Source: Octopus bimaculoides (taxonomy: Eukaryota). From it: a stretch of 64,000 nt of DNA. The stretch covers positions 112,503,737-112,567,736 of the forward strand of contig NC_068982.1 of the NCBI RefSeq assembly GCF_001194135.2, in the 5' to 3' direction. The notes under the pieces are model-generated. The model saw nothing but the letters and a program-made list of their open reading frames with translations. It ran no database searches and had not been told where the DNA came from. Shown piece by piece: positions 43,600 through 57,763 of this stretch (within the stretch, counting starts at the first letter, position 1; each line of letters opens with the position of its first letter). The position numbers and the translations under genes are program-made.

Positions 43600-44470
43600 A
43601 AAGGACATGAAGAATAATTATGCAAGAAGGATTTACACAATCAATTCCATGTAGCCACAACAAAAGTTGCTGGAAAAACTAGGTGGGATTGGCTGATGAA
43701 AGGAACCCTAAAAACAGAGACCTAGAGCACTATACTGGCAACGCAAGCCCAAAATTTGGCCACGAACTGCAGGGTCAACCCGAGGAATGTGCAAGTGTCT
43801 CTGCTGTGCCTCATCTGCAATGGAGTGGATGAAACCATTGCCCATATCACGAACAAATGCCTTAGTTTACCCCCAAACCACTACAAGCTATGGCGACACG
43901 ACGAGGTAGCGAAAGTACTACATTGGAAACTGTGCTAAAAGTGGGGACTAGAGAGAGGCACGACGTGATATGAGCACAAATCATAGAGAATGGTGGAGTC
44001 GGACAATAGCAAAATATTTTGTGGGATTTCCCAATCGAAATAAAGCAGGGGCTAGAGCATAATATACCGGATATAGTGGTGGTGGACAAGGTGCACCATA
44101 TATGCTGTATAGTTGACGTTCCATGCTCCTTTGACCCACGAATAGTCAAGCAGGAAGACGAAAAGATGGATAGATGCGACCCTCTTAAGTACGAAATAGC
44201 CCGGCTATGGCAAATGAAGAAGGTGAAGGTAGTGCTAATTATTGTTCGGTCCTTGGAAACAGTATCAGAGGCATATAAAGGAAATTGGAATACAGTGCCC
44301 AGCAGAACTGTTACAAAAGTTTTTGCCTCCTTGGCACGCCTAGAATAATCAGGAAAGTATCAGATAGCTGAAAAGACCGAATAGCATGGTACCGTAAGCT
44401 GCAGGTAGTAAGCCTGTTACGTATACAAGACTCCGGGGTGCTGTCTCACAAACCTGTGATGAATAGAAAA
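43600..44470 (+). mobile_element. 3' fragment of a second R4/Dong-like RLE LINE family
   Basis: Reads LHNQFH..WDWLMKGTLKTET, a CCHC knuckle CLICNGVDETIAHITNKC, WRHDEVAKVLHWKLC, and the RLE motif HNIPDIVVVDK..IVDVPC..EK..LKYEIARLW. Ends in (CAA/TAA)n. Confidence 0.85.
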
Positions 44471-45689
44471 TAACAACAACAATAATAATTCCTGTAACAA
44501 GAAGAAGATTTCTAAAGACTTTTTGATTTGTTCTTCTCCATTGAAAACTTGTTGACGGAGAGACAGGAGGGAGGAGGCAGTGGTATTTAACTTTATGGTA
44601 GTTATTGTGAAGCATTAACATATATAAAGTAAATAAATATATTATATAAAAAAAGCATCGTTTGGAATGCAAGCTTGAAAGGTGTAAGAGTTACAGCAGG
44701 AAATATATGAGGCTTTTAAGCCGATGAGATCCTCACAATACACGTCAGCGTGTTAATGATCAGCTGCTCATATACTTTCCTTGAGAATGCAATCAAATTT
44801 ATGCATTTGATCTACATACAATCGTAGCTGAATATATGGATTTGCATATAAATTTCATATGAATGTTATTCAGTGCGTATACAAGTCTTTACTCATACAT
44901 TTTTTCTCCCGCTCGCTCACTCATATATATATATATTTGTTCTATGTGTGCCATAAATATCGCCATCCACTTTGGAGAACATTTGTAGTTTGGAATCAGT
45001 GGTTCTTTGACTGCTATTTCTAAATTTTCAGTATGTTGGAGAAGCAACTCAATTGCTAATCCCTGTATATTTATAATGATAAATAGTCTTACCGATAAAG
45101 GTTTTTTTCATACTGAACTACTTGGCAGAATTGTTAATTATTAATTCTATTATTAATTGACGATTCTCTGCCCTTATTCTTGTATATTTTATATTTGATA
45201 TCTCTAAGTTAGATGGCTAAACCGTAATCCAGTTCGACACGGNNNNNNNNNNNNNNNNNNNNNNNNNNNNNNNNNNNNNNNNNNNNNNNNNNNNNNNNNN
45301 NNNNNNNNNNNNNNNNNNNNNNNNNNNNNNNNNNNNNNNNNNNNNNNNNNNNNNNNNNNNNNNNNNNNNNNNNNNNNNNNNNNNNNNNNNNNNNNNNNNN
45401 NNNNNNNNNNNNNNNNNNNNNNNNNNNNNNNNNNNNNNNNNNNNNNNNNNNNNNNNNNNNNNNNNNNNNNNNNNNNNNNNNNNNNNNNNNNNNNNNNNNN
45501 NNNNNNNNNNNNNNNNNNNNNNNNNNNNNNNNNNNNNNNNNNNNNNNNNNNNNNNNNNNNNNNNNNNNNNNNNNNNNNNNNNNNNNNNNNNNNNNNNNNN
45601 NNNNNNNNNNNNNNNNNNNNNNNNNNNNNNNNNNNNNNNNNNNNNNNNNNNNNNNNNNNNNNNNNNNNNNNNNNNNNNNNNNNNNNNNN

Positions 45690-45742
<53 letters not shown>

Positions 45743-46551
45743 ATGTATATATATATACACATCTGTCATATCTTAAGGACTACAAATCTTTCCTCTGTGT
45801 TTGCTTTAATCCATAGTTTTTTTGTGTATTTACTTGTTACTTGGTTCTTCCCCCACCACCGACCATCTCGCTCGTTCTGTGCCTTTGAAGTGAATCATTC
45901 ATTACATAAATACTCAAAAGTATTTTAAATCCATAGACTCTGTAATCCAATGGCTAGGAACTTTGCTAATTTTTCTATACCATATTATTATCATTTTTTA
46001 TTCTTATTAATATTATGGCCTACACGTAACCAAATGGATATTTAGAGTATAAATATCAACATCTCTATCAGAATATCTCAGTATATAACATAAAGACACG
46101 TACACACACACAAGCACACGCACACACACACACACACATACACACCCACACACACACACAGAGACACAGACACAGACACACACACACCTCAAGCACCTCT
46201 GGACCAGTAAATCTAAGATTGCTGATCCGTGCTGATATCTGCCTAACGATAATAAATCATCATTAAATGATCTTTCGTTTGTAAATGTTTGAGTAAGAAT
46301 TTGTACTCATCACTATATCACAGTGGAACAGCTAATGTCAATAAATTTCAAACTACCATAGATCGAACTTTTAAGATGTCATGGATAAATTCCTGTGGTT
46401 CGTCACATTTTTTAAGATAGTGCTGTCATGTCAAATTTCAAGTCAGAAGAAAAAAAAAAAAGAAGAAAAAATTCACTAGGAATTATTAATATTTTGCAAG
46501 AGTGTACATTGTTTTTAAATTTGTATCCCTGTTACAGAGATAATAAATATT

Positions 46552-46767
46552 CTTTTCTACTCTAGGAACGAGGCCCGAAATTTTTGGAGAGGGGGCCAGT
46601 CGATTAGATCGACCCCAGTGCACAACTGGCACTTAATTTATTGACCCCGAAAGGATGAAAGGCAAAGTCGACCTCGGTGGAATTTGAACTCAGAACGTAA
46701 AGAGAGACAAAATACCGCTCAGCATTTCGCCTGGCATGCTAAAGTTTCTGCCAGCTCGTCGCCTTAA
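46552..46767 (-). mobile_element. SINE family M with a perfect 16-bp target-site duplication
   Basis: Full head to tail. AGAGATAATAAATATT occurs at 46536-46551 and 46768-46783. Confidence 0.92.
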
Positions 46768-47632
46768 AGAGATAATAAATATTTTTCAGAATTATGCAGA
46801 TTTATGCAGAATTACATTGATATCTTTCGAGTAACCAATAAGAAGGTGAGTAGTTTGTCTTCCAGGCAGCGTTATAAATTGACTCTCAAGGAATAAATGT
46901 TCCATTAGGCAAATTAAGATGTGTCTTATGACATATATGTCAAGTTACTAGATTAATCTCTTCTAAATATTATATATTAATTTCTATAACTGACTCGCTT
47001 TCCGAATCCTGCACACTGGATGTATAGTTTCTTATTACGGTAAGAATTTTTTCAGCTGTATAAAAACAAGATTGCAACTTTTACTTTAACATTTGTTATA
47101 TTAGTAAACTCAAACTTTCATGGCCGACCGCTGTTGATAGCTACGATTTGCGTGAACGTGCCTCCTCTTTTAACATCAGCTGAAAAGGAGTTGAATCATC
47201 AAGATGACATGTATATTTACATTTATGGTTATATTTGAGATTCAGTCTTTGTATTTTCATTCAGTGAGACCCTAGGTGGTCATAACCTCAATGAATTAGA
47301 ATTATTTAGTGAATGTTCTCATTGAATAAATACTTCGATTAGACAAATTGAAGTGTGCCTTCTGAGGTCAAAAGCGTAGAATTACCACCCACCCCAACAC
47401 ACACACTCACACACACATATGCATGCACACACACACGCACATACTTTCTCATATACTGATACACATCTCTCTATTTTGTTCTCTCTTTCCTTTTTATTAA
47501 CGCAGACATGCCCAGCAACGCTTATATGCTTATATTTGTAAATATATCCCATTCTTTATCTATACGTATATATGAATGTGCACAGATGTGTTATATGCGT
47601 GTGCGTGTAGACATGTAAATCTTTCTGTCTCT

Positions 47633-47715
<83 letters not shown>

Positions 47716-48165
47716 CAGGATGCGGTGAATAGATTGTCGTCTAAATTACACGAAAACTAAAAGAACACTCAGATCTCATTTTAACAGTTATATTTACCAA
47801 AATTACATAAAAATATCTTGAAATACTAAAGAGTAAATTTATTCAATAAAATCGCAATTGGCTCAACCACAGCCTCCAGATGACTGCGGAATCTCCTGCA
47901 ACTCTTGTTGACGCCCCCCCCCCTGTTTAAGTTGGTGAATGCTGTCATAACCCTTGCTTTCAGTTCATCTTTGGTGTTACAAGGAGTTTGTTGGTCTCCC
48001 GCTCAAATGCGCCCCACACAATAATCAAGGGGGTTGTAGTCTGGGGAGATTGGTGGCCAAATATTAGGGGTGTTGTAGTCGCAAAAATTGTCTGACACAT
48101 TAACATTGGCTGCTCCTCAGTACTAGCTGTCCTAGAACAAAGAACTGGGTTCTTAATTATCACTG
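47716..48165 (-). mobile_element. Tc1/mariner-superfamily DNA transposon, 3' end relic
   Basis: Minus strand reads WPPISPDYNPLDY then, after a frameshift, VWGAFERETNK..TKDELKARVMTAFTNLN (the SPDxNPxD motif). The terminus CAGGATGCGG follows a TA dinucleotide at 47714-47715. The other end is missing. Confidence 0.8.
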
Positions 48166-51100
48166 CCTACGCACACTCATACATCCACACACTCAAATAT
48201 CTGGTACACAAACACACACACACACACACACACGCACACACACACACACACACACAACGCACACAGACTCACCCACACGCACGCACCCACCACTCTCTCT
48301 CTCTCTCTCTCTNNNNNNNNNNNNNNNNNNNNNNNNNNNNNNNNNNCACACACACACACACACACACAACGCACACAGACTCACCCACACGCACGCACCC
48401 ACCACTCTCTCTCTCTCTCTCTCTGGCTTTGTCAGCTCTCAAGTCCTTACAATGTCCTATCATAAGGCGTAGCACTCGGTTCAAAAAATTATTTTTACAA
48501 ATGCATCTGTTGTCGCTGAGATGCCGATCCTCTTCTAACAGCACCATATGACACGCCTTGACCAATAACAACCCATTTTCCATCTTGGACTTATTGTGTT
48601 TAGTCATTTGGTAACCTGATCCTGAACGAGATGTTTCTGACAGAAGCCTGCGTAACATTAAGTCGCATGAAACTGAATCAAAGTGCTTTAAACAGCAGCA
48701 ACAACAAGGGGTAATAACATCACTACCACCACCAATAATAATAATAATAATGATACGCGCACACACACACACACATATAAATACACAAACACGTGCATAC
48801 CAACATACACATACATATTTCCATCGTAGTTGTATACGTGTTAGTATTCTCACTTTCTTGGTTGTATTTGATATTTTTTTCTTCAGAGATTTATTAGCTA
48901 TTGTCAAAAGATTATTATTCGCTGTAGATATTAACCATAAATATGTAGACACATAACTATTTCGATAGTATGATATTTTTTTACAATATTTCTCGTTTAT
49001 TTTCATTAAAGATCAAAAACATTTGAGAGTATTTAAATACAAATAGTTGTCAATTTTGAATCACGCTTCATATCGTATAAATTGTAATAATTTGATTATG
49101 ATATTAAACGCCATGCTTTATCAAATTATATAATAAAATTTAATCGAAATTGGATTCATTTTTGTAATGCTCAAGCTAGTTTTAATTAATGCATTTCACG
49201 CCTTCTCGTTTAAATGACATTATACAGCTAATTTCAACACTTATGGCAATGGATTTACAAGTCAAATAAAAGAGTTAAACTATTTCGAAATGAATACATT
49301 TTTTTATATCAAAGTAATTCTGTATCCAAGTAATGCAATTATTAAGCAATTATTAAACAAGGAGCTCATTGTCACGGACACATAGAACTGTGTTAACCGA
49401 CACTAGTATATTACTGGTATATGTATTTAATTTACAAATCCAGTTATTAAGAAAAGAAATGCCACCACAATCTGCATTAGCTCTTGAATTCAGGACTTAC
49501 AAAGTTTTAATGAATTACTGACGATTTGCTTTTTTCGTAAACTCACCTAGAAAACACTGAAGAACACATACGCAGTTACTGTAACAGAAAGGAAAAGAGT
49601 ATCACATGGGTACTGTTATGTCGCGTATTACAATGCGACCAGCAGCTTTGATAGAATTTTCCCAAGTATTCTGTATTGTGTAGGGTAGACATGTTTTTCA
49701 TGTACACAATTTTTTGCAGTTTCATGAAAATTTACTACATATACCCAGCGTTAGATTTCATAGATTAAAGAGTGCCTTCTGTGATTATATTCCTCTAGAT
49801 ACTACACGAACGCATACAAGATACACGACACCCACAACACACGCAAACACGCACACACACAATCGCACACACACGAAAACACACACACACAAACACATAT
49901 ACACAAGCACACAAAACACACACACTCTCACATACACCAATACATGTGTTTCTATTTTGCTAGACTAATAGAGAAGAGACAATTAATTGCGATGTTTATC
50001 AACAAGAAGTATCTCAACGATACATTCGTGTTTATGGCATATTTCTTGTAATAAAGGCAAGAGAGCAAGTTAGGTTACTATAAATTAAAAATTTCATGAC
50101 AAAATTCTAGAATACAAGAATTATTCTTGTATTAGTGCAAGGCCGCACCTATTTAGTGAAAGTAATATAGCTGAGGAATTGTTTTGAAACCAAACAATAT
50201 ATCGTATGACAATGAGTCTAGTACCCAAACATTTCTGCCATTTCAATACCCTTTGGTATACCAATAGCAGTACATTGAAAATCTATTGTAGAAAAAAGCT
50301 ACAAATCCTCTCCGAGCACGCTATATTTCTATAATGAAGTAAACCAAAGTCAACTCAACGTCTAATACTTCCAATCAAATATTAAATGTTTCTATAATTA
50401 ATACAGTACAAAGGATGTAACAGTATAAATCGATTATTTACAAATTCATAAAACCTTCATATAAAAGTGAATGAAAAGTTCACCATTAATTTCTCAAACA
50501 AGGAGAAAATAAATTGTGGGTTAATAAATTATATTGTATCAGATGTTATTTCTATCGCTGAAGATAATGATGAACAAGAATATAGCATGCAAAACAACGT
50601 TTTCATGCAACATCAGCTAAAACGTCAAAACGTATTTCAGATTATAAACTGATATAATTGAGATCTCAATCTCACTGATTTAGAAGTGTAATTTTCATAC
50701 TCACACACAATCTTGTCGAAAATAACACGCATCACATATGTATATATATATATATATATATCAAATAATAAGCAACACGGATTTCAAAAGTGATTGCAGT
50801 ACGCACGTTTCATGCTACTTCAGTTTATTTAAGTAATGTGAGCATTACCTTAAATGCAATATGAAGAGCAATCTTCAGCTGCACGAAAAAATGTAGAAAA
50901 AAGACATATTACAAATGTGGCANNNNNNNNNNNNNNNNNNNNNNNNNNNNNNNNNNNNNNNNNNNNNNNNNNNNNNNNNNNNNNNNNNNNNNNNNNNNNN
51001 NNNNNNNNNNNNNNNNNNNNNNNNNNNNNNNNNNNNNNNNNNNNNNNNNNNNNNNNNNNNNNNNNNNNNNNNNNNNNNNNNNNNNNNNNNNNNNNNNNNN

Positions 51101-51366
51101 NNNNNNNNNNNNNNNNNNNNNNNNNNNNNNNNNNNNNNNNNNNNNNNNNNNNNNNNNNNNNNNNNNNNNNNNNNNNNNNNNNNNNNNNNNNNNNNNNNNN
51201 NNNNNNNNNNNNNNNNNNNNNNNNNNNNNNNNNNNNNNNNNNNNNNNNNNNNNNNTATAGAGCGTACGTTAAGTTATTGACGTTGTATATATTGTGGCGC
51301 ACAAAATATTCCATTGTAAGATATATACCATATCTTCTTTAATATTTACTTAAACATCTTAAATAT

Positions 51367-51805
51367 AGGCGCAGGAGTGCCTGTGTGGTAAGTAGCTTGC
51401 TTACCAACCACGTGGTCCCGCGTTCAGTCCCACTGTGTCGAACCTTGGGCAAGTGTCTTCTACTATAGCCACGGGCCGACCAAAGCCTTGTGAGTGGATT
51501 TGGTAGACGGAACCTGGAAGACGCTCGTCATACATACATNNNNNNNNNNNNNNNNNNNNNNNNNNNNNNNNATATATATATATATACACGTATGTGTGTA
51601 TGTCTGTTTGTCCGTCCAGCATTGCTTAACAACCGATGCTGGTATGTTTGCTCCCCGTAACTTATCGGTTCGGCAAAAGAGCCCGATACAATAAGTACTA
51701 GGCTTACAAAGACTAAGCTTTGGGGTCGAATTACTCGACTATAAAGCCGGTGCTCCAGCATGGCCGCAGTCAAAATGACTGAAACAACTAAAAGAGTAAA
51801 AGAAT
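51367..51805 (+). mobile_element. SINE family A, full length with internal (TA/TACA)n and an assembly gap
   Basis: A-box-like TGTGTGGTAAGTAGC, B-box-like GTTCAGTCCC, CORE-like ACCTTGGGCAAGTG, tail AAAAGAGTAAAAGAAT. Colinear with the 57570 copy. Confidence 0.9.
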
Positions 51806-53004
51806 GAGTATTCATTCTTTCAATAGTAGCAAACGAACAACTTGGCTGAAACACATAAAAAAAAAAAAAAATAAATAAATAAATAAATATCCATATTTAT
51901 ATTATACATTTGTGTATATATGTAAGTGTATATTACAAATGTTAAGGACACATTAAAAAAGGTATACCGTGCTGTTGCTCGAATTGTTAGATACAGGGAG
52001 TAGATGAAATCACTCCGTACCACTTTATAAATAGGAGAACAGCACAGCTCACTAAATGAAAGGTAATCAGGATTTAATGATCAGCAGCTTTTATGCACAT
52101 TCCTGTCATTAATATTTACAAACAAAAATTTTAAAAATATTGTTTCTCTAAAGCATTTTTCTAGATAATATAGAATTTAATTATTGCTCTTCATATGCAC
52201 AGCATTAATAGCTGTGATTATCACAAGTTAACCATAATGTACTCAGTGTAAGATGCCACCGTTTGTAGGTTGGAATGTAGAGAAATTAAAGAAAATATAA
52301 GTACAAGAATATAACCGAGTTGCATCCAAAGATTTTTTGCAAACTTTGATCCACTTAATCTATCTTTAATTATATTTAGTCAATGAATATTCCATTTATT
52401 AGAGGGTAATTTCTGAAGAGTTTAGAGCAATATTTTTATATATTTGCCATAAACTTTGAACGCGTAAATATAAACGTTCAAGAACCATGCAATTATAAAA
52501 CCTGTCTAAATAACTCATTCACCCTATCAAAGTTCTAAACGTTATTTATTAATGTAATCTGCAATATAGGGAGATATCTTAAACTATAACAAGTTACTCT
52601 GAGAAATATATTCGTATAAAAATAATGGAAGTTTACTTGGTAAAGACGGACAATTATTTTTATCACCAGAATCAATTTAAACATTGATTATCTCCTTAAT
52701 TAATGATTCAATCGATTCTAGTTCTCTCTTAATCTTTTTGTGCTACTTCAGTTAGGTGAAGAATTTTTGTTTATTTTATCTTATATCGCATCAGAGAAGA
52801 TTCTGACGTATAGACAAAGGTACCTCATGTACCTCCGGAATTTCATTTTCCACTACAGTTTATATTTTTTGCTGATACACATCAGCGAATACTACGAACA
52901 TTTACACATGTATGTACACAAATACAAACAAAACAAGCTCTTTCACAATTTGCATTTGAAATTTCCACTCTAATTGGGGTTCATGTTAGAACTAACGTTT
53001 CGAA

Positions 53005-53095
53005 TGTGTCACGACGTAGGATCAAATCAGGAATCATGTAGTTGCCAAGTGAACATCTTACCAACATCCACTTTATTAAGTTTGAGGGGATGTCA
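53005..53095 (-). mobile_element. Old SINE family A head fragment
   Basis: Reverse complement TGGTAAGATGTTCACTTGGCAACTACATGATTCCTG.. is a diverged match to the family A head. Confidence 0.5.
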
Positions 53096-53434
53096 TTGGA
53101 TGAATGTATGCCTGTGTAGCCTATGTTCTTTACTTTAAAACAATCTTATATATAAATAAATATGATGAATGTTGCATCACGTAATAAAATTGAATTTCGG
53201 CTTCCAAGAGGCAAAATTAAAGTAAATTTGCTTCTCATACCGCATTTTTGTGTAACTGTATGAATATATTACCGAATAGTTTGAAACCTAAAAATATAAC
53301 AATTACCGACTCCATTTACTCTTAGATCTACAACAAATAATTAATGTCTGTAATTTTCACGGCACCAAACATTCGTGAGTTCATGTTAAAGCAAGTCCCC
53401 TATTTTCTTTAGCGCACAATACATAAAGTGAGGT

Positions 53435-53642
53435 GGAGATGCGTGGTTAAGTGGCTACGGTGTTGGATTGACGATCGTAAGATCGTGGTTTCGATTCCGG
53501 GTGATGCATTGTGTTCTTGAACCAAACACTTCATTTCAAGTTGCTTCAGTTCGCTCAGTTGGGAAAAATGAGTAATCCTGTGACGCATCCCCATTTATGT
53601 GGGGAATATATACGTCATGGGAACCGGGAAACCGGACCTATG
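53435..53642 (+). mobile_element. tRNA-derived SINE, family R, short subtype
   Basis: GCGTGGTTAAGTGG..GGTTTCGATTCCGG..CACTTCATTTCA..GGAACCGGGAAACCGG. Colinear with the 55386 copy. Confidence 0.8.
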
Positions 53643-55385
53643 TGTCTATATACTACATAAATGGAGGGAAAGTACAAATAAACAGTCAAAATCAAGAGAA
53701 TGTGACCAACTGAACTGCAAGTTATAAAAGTATTACATAAATACCTATCGTAGTGAAATTAGGGAAATTATAGTGGGGCAGCTTAGAATAAGGTTCATAA
53801 CAGTACGTGTCGATGTTATTTATGGATTGGCTTTCCTTTCCAACTTAAGCTGTCAGCTACTGTAGATGAAGGTCACTTATTAAAATGCAAAAATGATGTA
53901 TTTTTGTATGAAAGTATTTCAATAACGATAAAAGTTTGACAGCCAGGCAATAATTGTTAAAATAGCGATTCAATGTAAAATATGAGTAAATCATAAGGAC
54001 TTTTATCTCAATATATTTCGTCTCTTCATGAAGTAAGCTAAATTGGGGTTTCTCAACAGCTGAAGGTCTAACTGATCTGGCCGGTTTCACTGTTCATCAA
54101 CTTTCATTGTAGTTATATTTCGCTGAGATGGAACGTTTGTATGCTTAATATAATTGGTTTTAAAGTTCTGTAGAGACTATGGCAAAAAAATTATCGCAAG
54201 AATTCAGCGTTTTAATTCTCTTACGTCTCAGATTAAAAATCCTGGAAAAGTTAGTACAATTTGACTTCAATATATAAATCATGTAAATACATATATTTTT
54301 CTGGCACTCTGCCTATTGTGTAAAAAACATTACTTATGCAGTAAATTACATTGACTGACTTGCAGTCTTTACAGTAGAGTATTGTATTGGCAGTTGTTTG
54401 CTGCCATAGGATATATGTAATAAATTGCAATCTAAGAGAAGCTACTTTGGCGTACAATTTTGTCTGTGATATTCCATAGGTGTAGCATTATGATAAATTT
54501 GATATAATGTGAAAATAATATGTAATGCCTTAAAGTTAGAGGAATTACTATTCATCTGCTTTTACTTTTGGACAGTCAGTGAGGATGAGACTTTTTTTCG
54601 GAGTCTAAATTTATTCCACTTATTCTTGACATTAAAGCTATGAGGGAAAGTACAACTTGAATTATAAGAACAATTTTGGCAATGGGTTCACTTCTACTAA
54701 CTAATTGAATTTATTACTTGTTAAGGTTATCTCTACGGATATTCTATAGAAATTATAGTCGGCACTGATTTTTTGTTACGACGTTACAAGTTTTTAGTAA
54801 TTGAATATAATCCTATATTTGATATAGTTCAACGTTGGGATGCTGGAAATTACTGACACATCTCATTGTTGATCTTATAAGGGCGAGTAATCTACCCGAA
54901 TCCCGTTCATTGATTCAATGACAGTAACCCCCAACTCAATTTAAAACTAGAGGAATTTTATAATTTGTTACTTCAGATAGTCAACGTCGAACTGTCACAT
55001 AACGTTTGAGTATAAGTATTAAATACCTCTAAGTATAATTGAAACGGTAGAGTGCTTGCGGTAAGTTATGAAGAAGTATATATAAAATGATTTCTTACAA
55101 AGAAACCGGAACATACTACACGGGTTGTGCAACTATTACCTATTACCAGACTCCAGGAATTGAGGTTTGGTTATTAGAAATGCAATGTTTTTCCCATAAT
55201 AGACATTCTGGAAAACAAGCAGTAGAACATAGTAGGAAATCATTAATGTCAATAGGTAGTATGTAATAGTCACATGTTTTCGTGACTTTTTTTATACACA
55301 TGTATATCTCCCCACCACACACGTACTCACACACATATTGATATAAGTATGTGAGTGTGACACTATTTTCATTATTTGCTGAAGT

Positions 55386-55600
55386 AGATGCGCGTGGCTT
55401 AGTGGTTAGGGTGTTGGACACATGGTTGTAAAATTGTGGTTTCGACCCCAGGACCGGGCGACGCATTGTAGTTTTGAGCAAAGCACTTCATTTCACATTG
55501 CTCGAGTTCATTAATCTGGCAAAAATCAGTAATCCTACGACGGATCGGCGTCCCGTCAAGGTGGGGGGAGAATATACGCCATAGAAACCGGGAAACCGGA
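55386..55600 (+). mobile_element. tRNA-derived SINE, family R, short subtype
   Basis: GCGCGTGGCTTAGTGGTTAGGG..GGTTTCGACCCC..GAAACCGGGAAACCGG. Confidence 0.8.
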
Positions 55601-56322
55601 TTTATTATTTGGCTTGACTCGAGAAGGTAACTTTATCTTTACTTATCATTATTCACTGTCATCGAATTTAGTGACTCAAGTTTCACATTGTTTCACCTTC
55701 ATAAATAACATTTATAACAACGAGCCAAAGAGATAACCTTTGCATGGTCGCTGGTTGTATTGAAATAACAGTCGTTTCTCCTTCAAATCATATCCAACCG
55801 TTTTTAAAAAGAGTAAAATGCTGCAATGCTGCTGATTACAGGTTTGTATGATCAGAATTGATTTTGATACTAAACAACAAAAACAACAGAAACAACAATA
55901 TACACACGCACACACACGCACACAAACGCACACGCGCGCACGCACATGTACATATATTGGTTAGCCCTGCAGAGGAAATGTTCCCTTACTCGCCTATCCA
56001 GAGGGGAATCATTATTCGAACGCTACAATAATACGAGGAAGTGCATTGTCACCAGCGTTGTATAACAAAATCCACTAGTCTGGTCGTACAGTGATGCAGT
56101 GATATGAAATTCTGGCCTAAAGAAAACCCGTCTGATTACAACTCAATATATTTATTTGTCTTCATTAGCACTCAGTAAGAGGCAGTGTTATCTCATGGCA
56201 AACGTCCTTCCTTTATGAACATCTAGACAACTCCCTCCTTCTCCCTCTCCCTCTCCCTCTTCTTCTTTCTCTCTCTTTCCCTCTCACTCACCTCTCTCTT
56301 TCTTTCTCACAGTCTCTCTCTC

Positions 56323-56353
<31 letters not shown>

Positions 56354-57293
56354 GTATACACATATAAATATAGCTATGGGAAACGTGTAAAGTGGTGATG
56401 TACAGAATTTCATACGCTGAAATTTATGTAATTGAAATTTACCCCTTTGTTGGAGAAAGAAGACAAAATCTAGGCGTAAGTGACCTTCAAAAAGAATAAA
56501 TAATTAATCTGTTAATGTTAATTTCGTTGCATATAAACTAACAACAGGAAAATAATTTTTTTTTAACTCTAACATTTATCTATCCAAATTCCTGCGATTG
56601 GTCCATGAATGTTTTTTATTACTTCATGTTAATTCTCTGGAACGTAGAAATCTGTGCTTATTACAGCACTTGAAAGTCTTTTTAAACAATAGGTAACATA
56701 TGTGGTTTCTTAAACATATGGTATTATCAAAACAAAGAAAAAGAATCCATGATTATCTCATAAACATCGCAATCGCATCCGAACAGTCTGTTCTGGCAAC
56801 GCATTGAAGAAATATCAAAGTGCATGTACATCAGATTTGATATTCATATCTAGGGGAAATATGTATTAAATTATTCTTACAGTGCTATTGTCACTCTTTT
56901 TATCCTTCTCTACCCATGGTTTATATTTAGCATGCCTCCGAGTGCTTTCTCCTCGAAACATAAATCATTAAAGAAATTAGCTCTCTACGTTTTTTGTTTC
57001 TCTTGCAAGCAGTCCAACATGCAGTCGTTCTCGTATAATATCGGTTGTATCGATTTCGATAGGCTCGGAAGACCTGCAACATACCACGGGCGGAATCCTT
57101 TCTTGATGTTTCTTTTAAATAGTTGCAAAATATGTTACAGAAACGTTAAAATATATCTGTAAATATAGTGCAATAATACGGAATACAGAATACGTTGTCA
57201 ATATTTCGACTGAACAACAACGTCATCTATCATTCCTGTCTATCTGAGTTTATTAAGAACATGGGTACACACCGGCTTAACAAGTGTGGATAT

Positions 57294-57328
<35 letters not shown>

Positions 57329-57508
57329 TATATATATATATATGTGTGTGTGCGTGCATGTGTGCGTGTGTATGCCTGCATGTATGTATAATTGCATGTA
57401 AATACCTTTATATATATATACATATATACATATACATACATACATATATATACCTATATGTATGTATGTATATATATACACACACACACATATATGTATA
57501 TATGTATG

Positions 57509-57558
<50 letters not shown>

Positions 57559-57569
57559 TAGTGGCTTAA

Positions 57570-57732
57570 AGGTACAGGAGTAGCTGTGTGGTGAGAAGCT
57601 TGCTTCCTCACCACATGATTCTAGGTTCAATCCCACTGCGTGGCACCTTGTGCAAGTGTCTTCTACTATAGTCCCCAGCCGACCAAATCCTCGTGAATGG
57701 ATGTGGTAGATGGAAACTGAAGAAGCCCGTCG

Positions 57733-57763
<31 letters not shown>

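Noticed and set aside
48235-48423. ~75-bp direct repeat flanking a short gap
   Set aside because: Identical sequence on both sides of the Ns indicates overlapping contig ends, an assembly artefact.
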